From positions 58,652,001 to 58,716,000 of the forward strand of contig OX597816.1 of NCBI GenBank assembly GCA_951406725.2: DNA of 64,000 nt, read 5' to 3'. The stretch is from Octopus vulgaris. Lineage: Eukaryota. The position numbers were made by a program, and so were the translations under genes. Shown here in pieces: positions 1-14,529 of this stretch. How positions within the stretch are numbered: the stretch's first letter is position 1; every line of letters starts with the position of its first letter. Under the pieces are notes generated by a model. That model saw only the letters and a list, made by a program, of their open reading frames with translations. It did no database searches and was not told the origin of the DNA.

Positions 1-740
<740 letters not shown>

Positions 741-754
741 AAAAGAGTATATAC

Positions 755-1258
755 CAAGCAGCTAATGTTGTTTGCATAACTAGTGAGGGAGTTGAGAATA
801 TTCTGCACAATGAACTTGGTATGACGAAAGTTTCTGCTCGGTGGATACCACGTCTTCTGACACAAGACCAAAATCGCACCAGGCTGATCACATTACGGGA
901 AAATCTGACATTGTTTGAGGAAAATCCAGCTGGTTTCCTCGAATGCTTCCTGACCCAGGATGAGTGCCGGCTCCACACTTCAAGCCAGTGACCAAGAAGC
1001 AATTCGTGCAGTGGATAGACCCCTCCTCACCTGATCCAAAGAAGGACAAGTTTGTTTCATCTGCAGGGACGGTGACAACCTCAGTTTTTGGCAATACAAA
1101 ATGCACTGTGTTTCTTCTTCACTAATGAGGTCCAAGCCCTGCAGCACCGATGGAAGGAGTGTGTGGCTTGCAAGAGGACTATGTTGAAAAAAATAAACCT
1201 CATTTTCTCACATTCCATCAGAATATGTTGGTCAGCCTATCCCCTTACCACATTGGTG
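755..1258 (+). mobile_element. Tc1/mariner transposase relic with internal deletion
   Basis: Translates to ILHNELGMTKVSARWIPRLLTQDQ...FLTQDE (mariner WVP-like linker and first catalytic D region) and later LQHRWKECV (mariner C-terminus). Confidence 0.8.
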
Positions 1259-1429
1259 AAATATAACGAATTTATTAGTATCTATACATGTATGAATGTA
1301 CGTATGTATGTATGTATGTATGTATGTATGTATGTATGTATGTATGTATGTATGTATGTAGGTAGGTAGGTAGGTAGGTAGGTAGGTAGGTAGGTAGGTA
1401 GGTAGGTATGTAGGGTATGCATGTCTCTT

Positions 1430-1996
1430 CTATTTTTTAATTATTATAAATCATCCACTGAAGAGGGAGCCGGTTTCCAACAAAGATACAAGGCTCCATC
1501 TTTGGGATGTAATTAACACAAATTCACACTTGGAGCTTGAGAAAAGTCTTGCATATTTTTACTGTTCCACTCACAGCTTGCACGTGTACGAATTAGCCGG
1601 TCGATTCCTGTTTATGAAAATCCCAGTTTATCCAGATTCTCCTTGAAGCAATTACTAACAAAACCTAGTGCTCCAATTATTATTTCTATGAATATGAACT
1701 CATAGTGTGGATATAGAAGCTGGAGGTTTCGAATCAGTTGTCCATGGATATCCTCTTTTTCTTTGATTTTCAAACAGATATTTATATCTGCAAGGCAGCT
1801 GACCTCTATGATGGTACATATTTTTGTCCCCTTTGTCCCACACAACAATATCCGGCCAGTTATGCTTACATTTGACAGACGTTTTGATGGAGAATACCCC
1901 ACCAGTATTCCTAGAGTTGGTGTTTATGAAAGTATTCCATAACAGAGGGCTCTTCTAAGTTAATTTCAGGACAGACTTTTTTGCGGATGGCATTGT
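1430..1996 (-). mobile_element. 3' fragment of a restriction-like-endonuclease non-LTR retrotransposon (R4/Dong-like) embedded in (CATA)n
   Basis: ORF 1612-1902: CTIIEVSCLADIN...LQLLYPHYEFIFIEIIIGALG is an REL C-terminus; (TATG)n tracts lie on both sides. Confidence 0.75.
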
Positions 1997-2092
1997 ATGT
2001 ATGTATGTATGTATGTATGTATGTATGTATGTATGTATGTATGTATGTATGTATGTATGTATGTATGCATGTATATATGTATGTATGTATGT

Positions 2093-2390
2093 AATCTGTT
2101 TTTAATTTACAAAAAAATTCCTCTCACGAAGTTGGTTTCCAACAAAGATTTAGTGTTCCATCGTTGGTAACGAAAACAATGTGATATTTTAAACTTGAGA
2201 AAAGTTTTACTTATTTGTACTGTTCCGCTTACAGATTGTATGAGTTGGTTGATTTCTTAGCTAAACCATATTGTAAACTTAGACATTTACTCACAAAACC
2301 AAGCGAACCAAGTATTACTGGTATCAATGTAAATTCATAATCTGGATATAGAAGCTGGAGGTTTCGATGCAGTTGTCCATAGCTATCTTA
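2093..2390 (-). mobile_element. Second 3' fragment of the (CATA)n-embedded REL retrotransposon
   Basis: Shares ggatatagaagctggaggtttcga and ggtttccaacaaagat with 1430-1996; a third ~45-bp terminal stub is at 2620-2665; all are bounded by (TATG)n. Confidence 0.7.
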
Positions 2391-3639
2391 TGCATGTATG
2401 TATGTATGCATGTCTATGTATGTATGTGCGTACGTATGTATATGCATGTATATGTTTGTATGTATGCATGTATGTATGTATGGATATATGAATGTATGTA
2501 TGTATGCATGTGTATGTATGTATGTATGTATGTGTGTACGTATGTATATCTATGTATATGTATGTTTGTAAGTATGTTTGTAAGTATATATGTATGTATG
2601 TATGTGTATGTATGTGTATGTAATCTGTTTTTAACTTTAAAAACTTTTCCTCTGACGAAATAGTTGTATGTATGTATGCATGTATGTATTCATGTATGCA
2701 TGAATACATGCATGTATGTATATATGCATGAATGCATGTATATATGTATTCATGCATGTACGTATGTATGTATGTATGTATGTATGTATGTATGTATGTA
2801 TGTATTCATGCATGTACGTATGTATGTATGCATGTATGTATGTATGTATGTATGTATGTTTGTATGTATGTATGTTTGTATGTATACCTGCATGCATGTA
2901 TGTATGTATGTATGTATGTATGTATGTATGTATGTATGTATGTATGTATGTATGTATGTATGTATGCATGCATGTATGTATGTACGTATGTATGTATGTA
3001 TGTATGTATGTATGTATGTATGTATGTATGTATGTATGTATGTATATGAGAGCTGTGTATTTCAAAGAGATGAGCCTATTATTTCTTGTATTTGTTCATT
3101 TATCCACATAGGAACGCCTTTAATGTTTAGTGGGTCAATATTTCTGCTAGTTTCCATAGTTTTCCAAGAGTCCTGGTAACACCCACCGCAGAATTCATCA
3201 AACTATACAACCCTAACCATACATATATTCATTCTCTCATCCATTCTATTATATTCGAAACTACACTCCATATCTTCAATGTTTCGTAAAATTTGCCTGA
3301 AAAATTCAATTCATTTTACTCGTATATTTTATAATGGCCGCTTCCGGTTTATGTTCGCTCTGCCTTTCGTTTATGTTCAGACCATAGCAAACATCCTCGT
3401 TGTCTGTTCCTGTATTCATGTAGCGGATGATTAAATCGACATCAAATGATGTCGTTTACTTCAGCACACTTCCGATATTTACATCTCACTACTTTTCAGC
3501 ATTTATTCTCAGCCAACCTTTTATTCTTGATTTTATTTATTTATTTTTTTTACGGTTTTCGTTTTTGTTTTTGTTTTCGTACTTGATTGGTGAGGTCAGA
3601 AGCATTTCTACACACACTAACACATACACACACGTCATA

Positions 3640-3787
3640 GTGTGTGTGTTAAGTAGCTTGCTTACAAACCACATGGTTTCGGGTTCAGTCCCACTGCGTG
3701 GCACCTTGGACAAGTGTCTTCTACTATAGCCTCGGTCGACCAAAGCCTTGTGAGTGGGTTTGGTAGATGGAAACTGAAAGAAGCCCA

Positions 3788-3884
<97 letters not shown>

Positions 3885-4070
3885 TATGTTTGTGTGTCTA
3901 TTTTTGTCCCCCAGCATCGTTTGACAACCGATGCTAGTGTGTGTACGTCACCGTAACATAGCGGTTCAGCAAAAAGAGATCGATAGAATAAGTACTAGAC
4001 TTACAAAGAATAAGACAGCGCTCCAGCATGGCCTCAGTCAAATGACTGGAACAAATAAAAAAGAAAAAGT
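3640..4070 (+). mobile_element. SINE family A copy
   Basis: Same body and tail as 175-740, with an internal (CA)n(TA)n expansion. Confidence 0.85.
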
Positions 4071-4071
4071 A

Positions 4072-4120
<49 letters not shown>

Positions 4121-4162
4121 TATACACATATATACGTTCATATATATATATATATACTTATG

Positions 4163-4193
<31 letters not shown>

Positions 4194-4491
4194 GTATATA
4201 TATATATACACGTACACATGCATACATAAATATAAATATATACACATATATATATATATGTATACATACCCACATACATATACATAGGTGCACATAAGCA
4301 TATATAGGCATTTAAATGCACACACACATATATACACAAGCATACACATATTGACATATGCATATATGCCTATATATATATGAAACTACATGTATGTATG
4401 TATATATATATATATGTATACACACACACACATGTATATATATATTCATATATATATGTACATATATATATGTCTATGTGTATATACATGC

Positions 4492-4525
<34 letters not shown>

Positions 4526-4640
4526 ATATAAATATAGGCACATACATACACATACATACATGCACACACACACTCACACACATACGCGCACACACACGCA
4601 CACGTACGCAGACACCCACCCACAAACACATATAGGTGGT

Positions 4641-4730
<90 letters not shown>

Positions 4731-5264
4731 TAACCGCTTATTCCTGTCCCATGTTCTTTTTCTGTTCGGAATTTGGCTCGCTTTGTTCTTTGTTCAGTAA
4801 GTCCTTTCTTTGTGTGTGTCTGTGCAATAAATATTAATATTTATTACCCTTATTATTATGCAGACACTTTCCACTTCCGGCAAACCCTCAGGAACTGAAG
4901 TTCCTCCTTTGAATGAAAGTAGTGGAGTGGAGAGACCGGTGTTGCCCTCCAGTAAATTTACCGAAAAGTAGTTGAGAGTCGCGAGTACTGCTTGAGTGCA
5001 AGGACCTTGTCTTGGTATGCGTCTGTGACCTGGTGAAAATAGTTAGGTGTGGGCACTTGCCCTTGTAGTAAAGGTAATCCAGAGTCTGTAGGACTTCCTG
5101 TCTAAATTCAGGTGTCTGTCCATTGTTTAGGCGTTGGGCTACCTTTGTTTTTATGCTGATTTTTTTCTAGCCTGGGGATTTTTTTCCGCATTCGATTCTT
5201 CGTAAACCGCCAAAGCATTTATATATCGTATAAAAAAAAAAATTAATGAATGATATTTCGTAAG

Positions 5265-5520
5265 GAGCTGTACTGGCATAATCGTTAGAGTGTCGAACTC
5301 AATTCCTTACGGTATTTCTTCCGCCCTTTACATTCTGAGTTCAAATCCAGTCGAGAATAGCTTTCCTTACGGTATTTCTTCCGCCCTTTACATTCTGAGT
5401 TCAAATCCAGTCGAGAATAGCTTTGTATTTCATCATTCTGGAATCAATAAAATCAACTACTGGGGCCAATGATCTTGTCTTAATCCGTCCCATTAAAATT
5501 GCTGGCAGTGCAACCAAAGT
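5265..5520 (+). mobile_element. Degenerate SINE family B with internal ~60-bp tandem duplication
   Basis: ttccttacggtatttcttccgccctttacattctgagttcaaatccagtcgagaatagctt occurs twice; weak match to family B. Confidence 0.6.
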
Positions 5521-5571
5521 GATTAGATTTATTTTCTTATGTATATGAATTCGAACGCACAGAAACTGCCT

Positions 5572-5624
<53 letters not shown>

Positions 5625-5749
5625 CAAATATTGTAATTTGCATGCCGTATAAAGATTGAAACGATTTACGGCCGAATTTGCAAATTCTTATCGTCTTTTT
5701 ATTCTTGCATATGGAGAATGTCTGCCTTCTACATTTCAGCTTTCTTTGT

Positions 5750-6250
5750 TAGGAGCTAAAGTTCCTAAACTATCATTATTATTTTCTCTTTATGACAGGT
5801 TTTGTTGGAACTTCTGGAGTCTTGCATGCATAGCGGGATTATTACATGCAGGTTACGGGGCCATGCTATTCGTTCTTTTCAGTTATTTAATGCTTTCCTG
5901 ATTATTCTGGCCGTGCTCAGGAGGCAAACCTTTTGTAACAGTTCTACTGGGCATTCTATTCCAATTTTCTTTATATTCCCCTTGATGCCTTCTGATACTG
6001 TTCCCAAGGATCCAATAATAACTGGCACTATCTTCACCTTCTTCATTTTCCATAGCCGGACTATTTCGTACTTAAGAGGGTTGTATTTATTTATCTTTTC
6101 GCCTTCCTTCTTGGCTATTCGTGGATCAAAGAGACATGCAACATCAACTATATAGCACATGTGGTGCATCTTGTCCATCAGTACTAGGTCCTGTGTTATG
6201 CTCTAGCACCTGATCTGTTTGGATTGAGAAATCCCAGAGGATTTTGCTAG
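5750..6250 (-). mobile_element. R4/Dong-like 3' fragment
   Basis: ILWDFSIQTD, then YIVDVAC...KYNPLKYEIVRLWKMKKVKIVPVIIGSLG...LLSTARIIRKAL (REL endonuclease end). Confidence 0.85.
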
Positions 6251-6631
6251 TGAAGAAGCTTTCATCCTGTTGGTCAAAAATGTCTTGGACAGAAAGTCTC
6301 TTTCTAAGAACATGAGCTGTGACAAGGTGTAGGGTGAGTGTGTTTATAGAGCACTCACATGTTTATATCGATGTTCAAATGTTCCTGGCGTATGATAACC
6401 TTTCCGGTCTCTGTTACTGAAGAGGAGATAACCACTCCTAAATGCATGAATCCATCAATCTGGTTAGGAGGCGCTGTGAGGCGACTGTAAGCTGTCTAAA
6501 GCGAAAAATTTTCTCCATCACAAAATAGAGGGATCAGCTTTCTTACGGATTCGAATATGGTTCAAGCATTTTTGAACTGGAAAAAAATTTGTCTTTATAC
6601 ACATCACTGCTTAACACTGTCAGCCCGTATA

Positions 6632-6699
<68 letters not shown>

Positions 6700-6703
<4 letters not shown>

Positions 6704-6910
6704 GGAAACTCAGTTTATTTTGCTGGGTATGATTGAAAGTGTCAGCTGTCCACAGCCAGCAGGATAAGGTCACACTTGTTTACTGGTCATGCTTCAAGAA
6801 CCCTGTGAAGAATTCTTGCAGTTTCAAGCAATGCTGATTTTTGTAGGTGTTCTACTTTCACACTTGCTCTGAACTTTTTCAGCCATGTTGATAGCTGAGT
6901 GCTATTATTA

Positions 6911-6942
<32 letters not shown>

Positions 6943-6959
6943 GTTGTTGTTGTTGTTGG

Positions 6960-6990
<31 letters not shown>

Positions 6991-7260
6991 ATATTGTCTT
7001 AGCACAGCTTTTAACGCTGGAGATGTACTACGGTATCAGCTGTTCACTACCTGTGAACTAAGGTAACACCCCTTATTTTTCGAGTACCATCCGGAGTATT
7101 CGAGCGGTTCCAAGCAGTGCTGTTTTCTGCAAGTGATCCACCCTTATTGCAGCCCCTATTTGTTCCACGTACTTCTCAAGATTTTTACTTACTGTTCCCA
7201 GGGTTCTGACAATTATTGATGCTACTACCATCTTTTTCATCGACCACAACTGCTTAATCC
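6700..7260 (-). mobile_element. Two short R4/Dong-like 3' ends separated by (TAA)/(CAA)n
   Basis: VEHLQKSALLETARILHRVLEA at 6787-6900; a similar HLQKTALLGTARILR motif at ~7080-7260. Confidence 0.75.
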
Positions 7261-7261
7261 A

Positions 7262-7765
7262 TCAGTATACCCATCATGACTACCCGTCTGATAAGTGTAC
7301 ACCAGGCACATGCATCACAAACATATGTGCGTGACGTGGTGATATCATATCAAGACTAACAGCACATGACCTTGCAGTTGGGGCTCAGTTAGAATTTTCT
7401 TCTGGTCGAGTAGCCCATCCCGCTCAAAAGGTCCCTGAATAAGAGTTGTTTAAAGAGGTTGAACGAAACACCCATGTTTCCAGAGGTGAATTATTCAATC
7501 CCCAAAGAATCCCTCTCAACATATGGCTATGATGCTCCCCCACTACTTCTGCTCGTGATCAGAGATGCACATATCGTCAGCCACTAAGGGACATGCTCAA
7601 CTGGTTAAGGTCAAACAACTGACAAGCAAATCTGTGGTATTGAGCAGAATATTTGCTGTAGCCCATCTTTTATACCAAGACAAAATAATATACATGATAA
7701 CACTTCCAATCAGTTAAGATCAGAAGCCATGAGATCCACTTCCTGGTACTGCATCAGGGCATTTA
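7262..7765 (-). mobile_element. Unclassified ~555-bp non-coding element (family X), copy 1
   Basis: Highly similar to 12099-12605, 18098-18872, 21257-21813 and 26610-26912; adjacent to (TTA)n; strand inferred from the (TAA)n sense. Confidence 0.8.
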
Positions 7766-7766
7766 C

Positions 7767-7819
<53 letters not shown>

Positions 7820-7820
<1 letters not shown>

Positions 7821-8032
7821 GGTGGCGAGCTGGCAGAATCGTTAGCACGCTGGGCAAAATGCTTAGCGGTATTTCGTCCGTCCTTCCGCTCTGAGTACAA
7901 ATTCCGCCGAGGTCGACTTTGTTTGTCATCCTTTCGGAGTCGATGAATTAAGTGCCAGTGAAACGGTGGGGGTGATGTAATCGACAGGTCCCCTCCCCCA
8001 AAATTTCAGGCGTTGTGCCTATAGTAGAAAGG

Positions 8033-8035
<3 letters not shown>
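7820..8035 (+). mobile_element. tRNA-derived SINE family B (Deu/Nin-like central domain) in (TTA)n
   Basis: ggcgagctggcagaatcgttagc head, B-box-like, gtcgacttt...catcctttcgg...gtcgat..taagt.ccag core, tail gtagaaaggattattatt. Confidence 0.8.
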
Positions 8036-8085
<50 letters not shown>

Positions 8086-8185
8086 TACTACTATTATTAT
8101 TGTTGTTGTTGTTGTTGTTGTTGTTTTTTTATTATTACTGCTATTGTTATTTTGTTGTTGTTATTATTATTATTATTATTATAAC

Positions 8186-8239
<54 letters not shown>

Positions 8240-8348
8240 CATTATTTTATTACGCCCACCTTATTAACAACATCACAATAATTTTTTGTGGCTTTTTTTT
8301 ATTCGACATATTTATGTTTTATTTGGTCTGTTGTTGGTGTTTTAGTAT

Positions 8349-8379
<31 letters not shown>

Positions 8380-8902
8380 TCTACTTCGGGCCTGCTCGAT
8401 CAAGGTTGATTTCGAGTGTAGAGCAACAATAAACGAAATCACCAAGAACAATAACAACAACAACAACAGCAACAGCAACACTCGATCACGACAGATAATG
8501 TGTTAAAAAGCACCAACAATTGATAACAACAACAACAAAGCTAAGTGTGCAGGAACAGGGTAAATCATGTGCCAAACAAAAACATCGACGTCAACAACAA
8601 CAACAAGAACAACAACAACATCGACTCATCGTAAAAATACCAAACACACACGAAATCCCAACCACGTCGGTCTTAACCTCTTTATTTATCTTTTCGTCCA
8701 AAACAAAGAAACCGGATTTCCTCTGGATTCTTCTAAACAAATTTAATGTACTTCATTCTCTCTCTGTCTCTCTCTCTTCCTCTCTCTCTCCCTCAAACAC
8801 ACACACACACACATACACACATACACACACACACACACAAATACACTCACTTTTCCTTCGCTTTCTCTCTCCCTCCCACTAACTCTTTCTCTCACGTTCA
8901 CT

Positions 8903-8937
<35 letters not shown>

Positions 8938-9453
8938 TACAGTTTTTCCTCACTATCCCCTCTCTTTCTCTCTCTCTCTTTCACTTTCCTCTCTTTTCTC
9001 TCTCTCTCTCTCTCTCTCTCGTTCTCACTCTTTCTTTTCCCCCTCTTTCTTTCTCTCTTTTCCCTCCCCTCCTCTTTCTCTCTCTCTCTCTCTCTCTTCC
9101 CTCTCTTTCTCTCTCTTTCGCTCTCTCGCACGTACACCAGCACTTTTCCCTCACGTTTCTCTCTCCCTCTCTCCGTCTCCCTGTCTGTGTGTGTCTCTCT
9201 CTCCCTCTCTCTCTCCCTCTTCTTCACTTCCACACATTGAACTCTCCTTCTCTCTTTCACCCCCTTCCATTATGTCGCCTGGTTAAATAAAGTAATATGT
9301 CATACGCTTGCATTTCTTCAAGTCATTCAGTTCACTGTAATGATAGCTTTATACTGTCATATAACACTTTCTACTTGTCTAACTGCCTTTCTGGCGAGTG
9401 CCCAATGTCTACCTATCTATCTATATATATCGCACTGTCTACCTGTCTTTCTA

Positions 9454-11040
9454 TATCACTCTGTCTGTATCTATCTGTCTATACCTACCTGTCTATCAGT
9501 GTCTACTTGTCCATCTATGTCTAACTGTCTAGCCATAACTATCTCTATGTCTATGTCTGTCTATCTATATCAACCTGTTAAACTGTCTAACGATGTCTAG
9601 TTGTTTAACTATATCTATTTCTGTCTATTTGTCTAGTTTTTTTCACAGTCTATCACTCTGTCCGTATCTATCTGTCTATACCTACCTGTCTATCAGTGTC
9701 TACTTGTCCATCTATGTCTAACTGTCTAGCCATAACTATCTCTATGTCTATGTCTGTCTATCTATATCAACCTGTTAAACTGTCTAACGATGTCTAGCTG
9801 TTTAACTATATCTATTTCTGTCTATTTGTCTAGTTATTTTTCACAGTCTATCACTCTGTCCGTATCTATCTGTCTATACCTACCTGTCTATCAGTGTCTA
9901 CTTGTCCATCTATGTCTAACTGTCTAGCCATAACTATCTCTATGTCTATGTCTGTCTATCTATATCAACCTGTTAAACTGTCTAACGATGTCTAGCTGTT
10001 TAACTATATCTATTTCTGTCTATTTGTCTAGTTATTTTTCACAGTCTATCACTCTGTCCGTATCTATCTGTCTATACCTACCTGTCTATCAGTGTCTACT
10101 TGTCCATCTATGTCTAACTGTCTAGCCATAACTATCTCTATGTCTATGTCTGTCTATCTATATCAACCTGTTAAACTGTCTAACGATGTCTAGCTGTTTA
10201 ACTATATCTATTTCTGTCTATTTGTCTAGTTATTTTTCACAGTCTATCACTCTGTCCGTATCTATCTGTCTATACCTACCTGTCTATCAGTGTCTACTTG
10301 TCCATCTATGTCTAACTGTCTAGCCATAACTATCTCTATGTCTATGTCTGTCTATCTATATCAACCTGTTAAACTGTCTAACGATGTCTAGCTGTTTAAC
10401 TATATCTATTTCTGTCTATTTGTCTAGTTATTTTTCACAGTCTATCACTCTGTCCGTATCTATCTGTCTATACCTACCTGTCTATCAGTGTCTACTTGTC
10501 CATCTATGTCTAACTGTCTAGCCATAACTATCTCTATGTCTATGTCTGTCTATCTATATCAACCTGTTAAACTGTCTAACGATGTCTAGCTGTTTAACTA
10601 TATCTATTTCTGTCTATTTGTCTAGTTATTTTTCACAGTCTATCACTCTGTCCGTATCTATCTGTCTATACCTACCTGTCTATCAGTGTCTACTTGTCCA
10701 TCTATGTCTAACTGTCTAGCCATAACTATCTCTATGTCTATGTCTGTCTATCTATATCAACCTGTTAAACTGTCTAACGATGTCTAGCTGTTTAACTATA
10801 TCTATTTCTGTCTATTTGTCTAGTTTTTTTTCACAGTCTATCACTCTGTCCGTATCTATCTGTCTATACCTACCTGTCTATCAGTGTCTACTTGTCCATC
10901 TATGTCTAACTGTCTAGCCATAACTATCTCTATGTCTATGTCTGTCTATCTATATCAACCTGTTAAACTGTCAATCGATGTCTAGCTGTTTAACTATATC
11001 TATCTATGTCTATTTGTCTAGTTATTTTTCACAGTCTATC
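9454..11040. repeat. 198-bp tandem array, 8 near-identical units
   Basis: tatcactctg recurs at 9454, 9651, 9849, 10047, 10245, 10443, 10641 and 10839, with a partial at 11037. Confidence 0.95.
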
Positions 11041-11751
11041 TATATCTACGTGTCCATGTCTAACAATCTATGTCTACAATTTACTTGTCTGACGGTCTAA
11101 CTATATCTTGCTGTCTATCGCTATGTCTATAACTACCTGTCTATCCATATCTATAAGTCGAACTCTCTATAATTATCTGTCTATCTATATCTGTCTATCT
11201 TATATTTATCTCTCTACCAGTCTCTAATGATTTGCCTATGTCAACCTGTCTACCTATGACCATCTGTATGTATTACTTTTGACACACATTACAACGCGAC
11301 CCCTACTAAACCATATTTTGAATTTTCTTGTATCTGCTTTTTCATGTTCTTTGAATCCGTGTGGTGCATCTTCTAGGTTCTGGGTTCAAAAACCACCGAA
11401 CGTAACTCTGCCTTTCAGTAAAACAGAAGTACCTGTCAAGTATTGGGCAACAACTAACTCCCGCTCCTAGAAATTGCTGGTATGCAATATCTATGATTAA
11501 ATAGGTTTCTTATGTGTATTCACAGCCACAATATCCGATTTTTTATATTCAATTTCATGAACACATTGGATCCTTATATCTCATCGGACAAAATGCATTA
11601 TATATTTCTTCTGGCTTTTTATATCTCAGAATAAGTCCCACCAAGGTCAACTTTGTCTTTCAGCCTTTCGAGGTCCATAAAATAAAATACCTGTCGAGTG
11701 CTGATTTCAATGTAATCAACTTGTCCCCGTTGCTCAAAATTGTTACCTTTC

Positions 11752-11841
<90 letters not shown>

Positions 11842-11859
11842 CATTGTTATTACTATCAA

Positions 11860-12075
11860 GACGGCGAGTTGGCAGAATCGTTAGCACGCTGGACGAAATG
11901 CTTAACGTTATTTCGTCTGCTGCTACGTTTCGAGTTCAAATTCTGCCGAGGTCGACTTTGCCTTTCATCCTTTCGGGATCGATTAAATAAGTACCAGTTA
12001 CACACTGGGATAGATGTAATCGACTTCATCCCTTTCCCCAAATTTGAGGCCTTGTACTTCGAGTAGAAAGGATTA
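11860..12075 (+). mobile_element. SINE family B copy
   Basis: Same head, core and tail; bounded by (TTA)n. Confidence 0.85.
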
Positions 12076-12098
12076 TTATTATTATTATTATTATTATT

Positions 12099-12604
12099 GA
12101 GTGAGAGAGCAGTTCATGCCATCAAAGTGACACTGGGGTAAAATATACGAAGCCCAATATACCCATCATGACTACCCGTCTGATAAAGGTACACCAGACA
12201 CATGCATCACAACCATATGTGCGCGACATGGTGATCTCATATCAAGATAAACAGCACATGACCTTGCAGGTGGGGCCCAGTTAGAATTTTCTTCAGGTTG
12301 AGTAGCCCATCCCGCTCAAACGGTCCCTGAATAAGGGTTGTTTAAGGATGTTGAGAGAACCACCCATGTTTCCAGAGGTGAACTATTCAAACCCCAAAGA
12401 ATCCCTCTTAACACATGGCTATGATGCTCCCCCACTACTTCTGCTCGTGATCAGAGATGCACATATCGTCAGCCACTAAGGGACATGCTCAACTGGTTAA
12501 GGTCAAACAACTGACAAGCAAATCTGTGGTATTGAGCAGAATATTTGCTGTAGCCCATCTTTTATACCAAGACAAAACAATGTACATGATAACACTTCCA
12601 ATCA

Positions 12605-12605
<1 letters not shown>
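12099..12605 (-). mobile_element. Family X element copy 2, lacking ~50 bp at one end
   Basis: gagtgagagagcagttcatgcc...aacacttccaatc, with (TTA)n on both sides. Confidence 0.85.
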
Positions 12606-12687
<82 letters not shown>

Positions 12688-12713
12688 CATCATTATCATT
12701 ATTATTATTATCA

Positions 12714-12775
<62 letters not shown>

Positions 12776-12784
12776 ATAATAATA

Positions 12785-12849
<65 letters not shown>

Positions 12850-12850
<1 letters not shown>

Positions 12851-13060
12851 AGGCGGCGAACTGGCAGAAATGTTAGCACGCCGGGAAAAATGCTTCCCAG
12901 TATTTCGTCCGTCTTTACGTTCTGGGTTCAAATTCCACCGATGTCCACTTCCCCTTTCATATTTGAGAGGTCGATAAATTAAGTACCATTTGTGTACTGG
13001 GGAGTCGATGTAATGGACTTGACCCTCCCGTCAAAATTAGCAAGCCTGCTCCATAATTGG
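12850..13060 (+). mobile_element. SINE family B copy
   Basis: aaggcggcgaactggcagaa head directly after (TTA)n. Confidence 0.8.
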
Positions 13061-13764
13061 AAAGAACCATCCTCCTGCTCCTATTCCTCACCCTCCTCCT
13101 CCTCATCATCATTTGTTCGACACAAGACCAAAACACTGTTCTGGCCGAATTCTTCAATTGAATGTCACCCAGTGTACGACTCCTGGAACATGCACTTCTT
13201 ACCTTTTCTCTCCCTTTCCCCCATCTCCCCACTCCCACCTAGTGGCGGGTGGAGGTCAGAAATGTCGAGTAATATAAACAACACTATCAAGTATCAACTG
13301 GAGAAGCGTTTATAGTACAACACCGGGAAGCAACACGAAACATGACGAAATAGCACGAAACACTACGGAAATGCCAACACACCGACAAAGATATAAGATA
13401 AGATAATATTCACAGTGAAACTCAGAGGCTAATTTACGTTAGAGGCCTGTATGGGTGAGTATATTGAATTATGCACCATAATATATCACTTGGCTAATAA
13501 TTAGTGCATGACACGCAACACGATACATAATAACAGCGACAATTTCTTTTCATTAAGATTAAGGTGAATTTTCTATGATTTCTTTTCTTTTCTTTTTTTC
13601 TTTTTTTCTTTTCTTTGCTTAACGCTGAAGTCTACCAACTCACCCAGTTGTAAATAGGCGCATTTATATAACTGATTGTTATAATTGATTTTTTTTTACA
13701 TAGGCAGAAAGGCATGGCATTTGCAGGGCAAAGAAAGGCGATAGTCGTTAATATTGGTTGAAAA

Positions 13765-13975
13765 TTTTGGCCCAAGACCACCATTTTCGGGGGAGTGGGG
13801 ACGGTGGGGGATAAGTCGATTAGATCGACCCCAGTGCTCAGTTGGTACTTATTTTATCGACTTCGAAAGGATGAAAGGCAAAGTTGACCTCGGCAGAATT
13901 TGCACTCAGACCGTAATGATGGTCTAAGTGTTGCTAAGCATTTTGTCCGGCGAGCTAACGAATCTGCCAGCTCAT
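13765..13975 (-). mobile_element. SINE family B copy (reverse)
   Basis: Reverse complement of the core (tggtacttattttatcgacttcgaaaggatgaaaggc) and of the head (ctgccagctc). Confidence 0.8.
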
Positions 13976-14024
13976 TTAATTAGCCGTTAATTAGTCATTT
14001 CATTAGTCGTTAATATTGACCCCC

Positions 14025-14470
14025 CCCTCTTTCATGGATGTTGGGCATTGTAGACGCAAATGAGCGGAGGGGGAATAAAATATGCTGAGCTGGTGGAACA
14101 ATGCCACATTCTGTGGCAAGCAAGATGTGATCCTTTCGTAGTGGGGTGTATATTGTTTGTCACCCAGCCTTCCTGCAGTGCCTACAACACGCTGGACATC
14201 ACAAATGCCAGCGGGCGAAGAGCCATCAAGATGGTTGCGTAAGCAACAGAGGTTGCCTTATGGTGACTGTGGATCAGGGACTGTGAGCTCCATATGGGGA
14301 AATGTTGTCTGGGTTAATGCTAATTGGAGAGAAACTGGGTTTTGATCAATCTTGGTTGAGTCGTCTGCATGAGTGAAATGGCTTGATTGCTAAAAGACTC
14401 GAAACACTCAGCAACTCCAGAAAACATCATTGCTGATGTGTCCAGGTACATCACAGGAGATGATGTATGG
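14025..14470 (+). mobile_element. HERO-clade-like non-LTR retrotransposon 3' end with UTR
   Basis: KYAELVEQC..WQARCDPFVVGC...RRAIKMVA resembles the HERO REL C-terminus; the UTR (gactcgaaacactc...catcattgctgatgtgtccagg) resembles HERO 3' UTRs as I recall them. Confidence 0.65.
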
Positions 14471-14529
14471 AAAAGCAGCAATTTTATTTTATACAGCTTG
14501 AGGACACTGTAGCATAAGGGACTAGAAAG

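Noticed and set aside
2367-3179. YVCM/HTYI-type ORFs here and poly-I/Y/N ORFs throughout the window
   Set aside because: Translations of (TATG)n, (TA)n, (CA)n and (TAA)n microsatellites.
6410-6455. CTGAAGA ggag..ctcc cTAAA tgca hammerhead-like motif
   Set aside because: GAAA, the cleavage triplet and stem I are not intact; at most a decayed relic.
8380-8425. Possible pre-miRNA hairpin
   Set aside because: Stem is short and bulged, and it matches no mature miRNA I recognise.
9454-11040. Regular array as a CRISPR locus
   Set aside because: Units are identical end to end with no unique spacers, and the context is eukaryotic.
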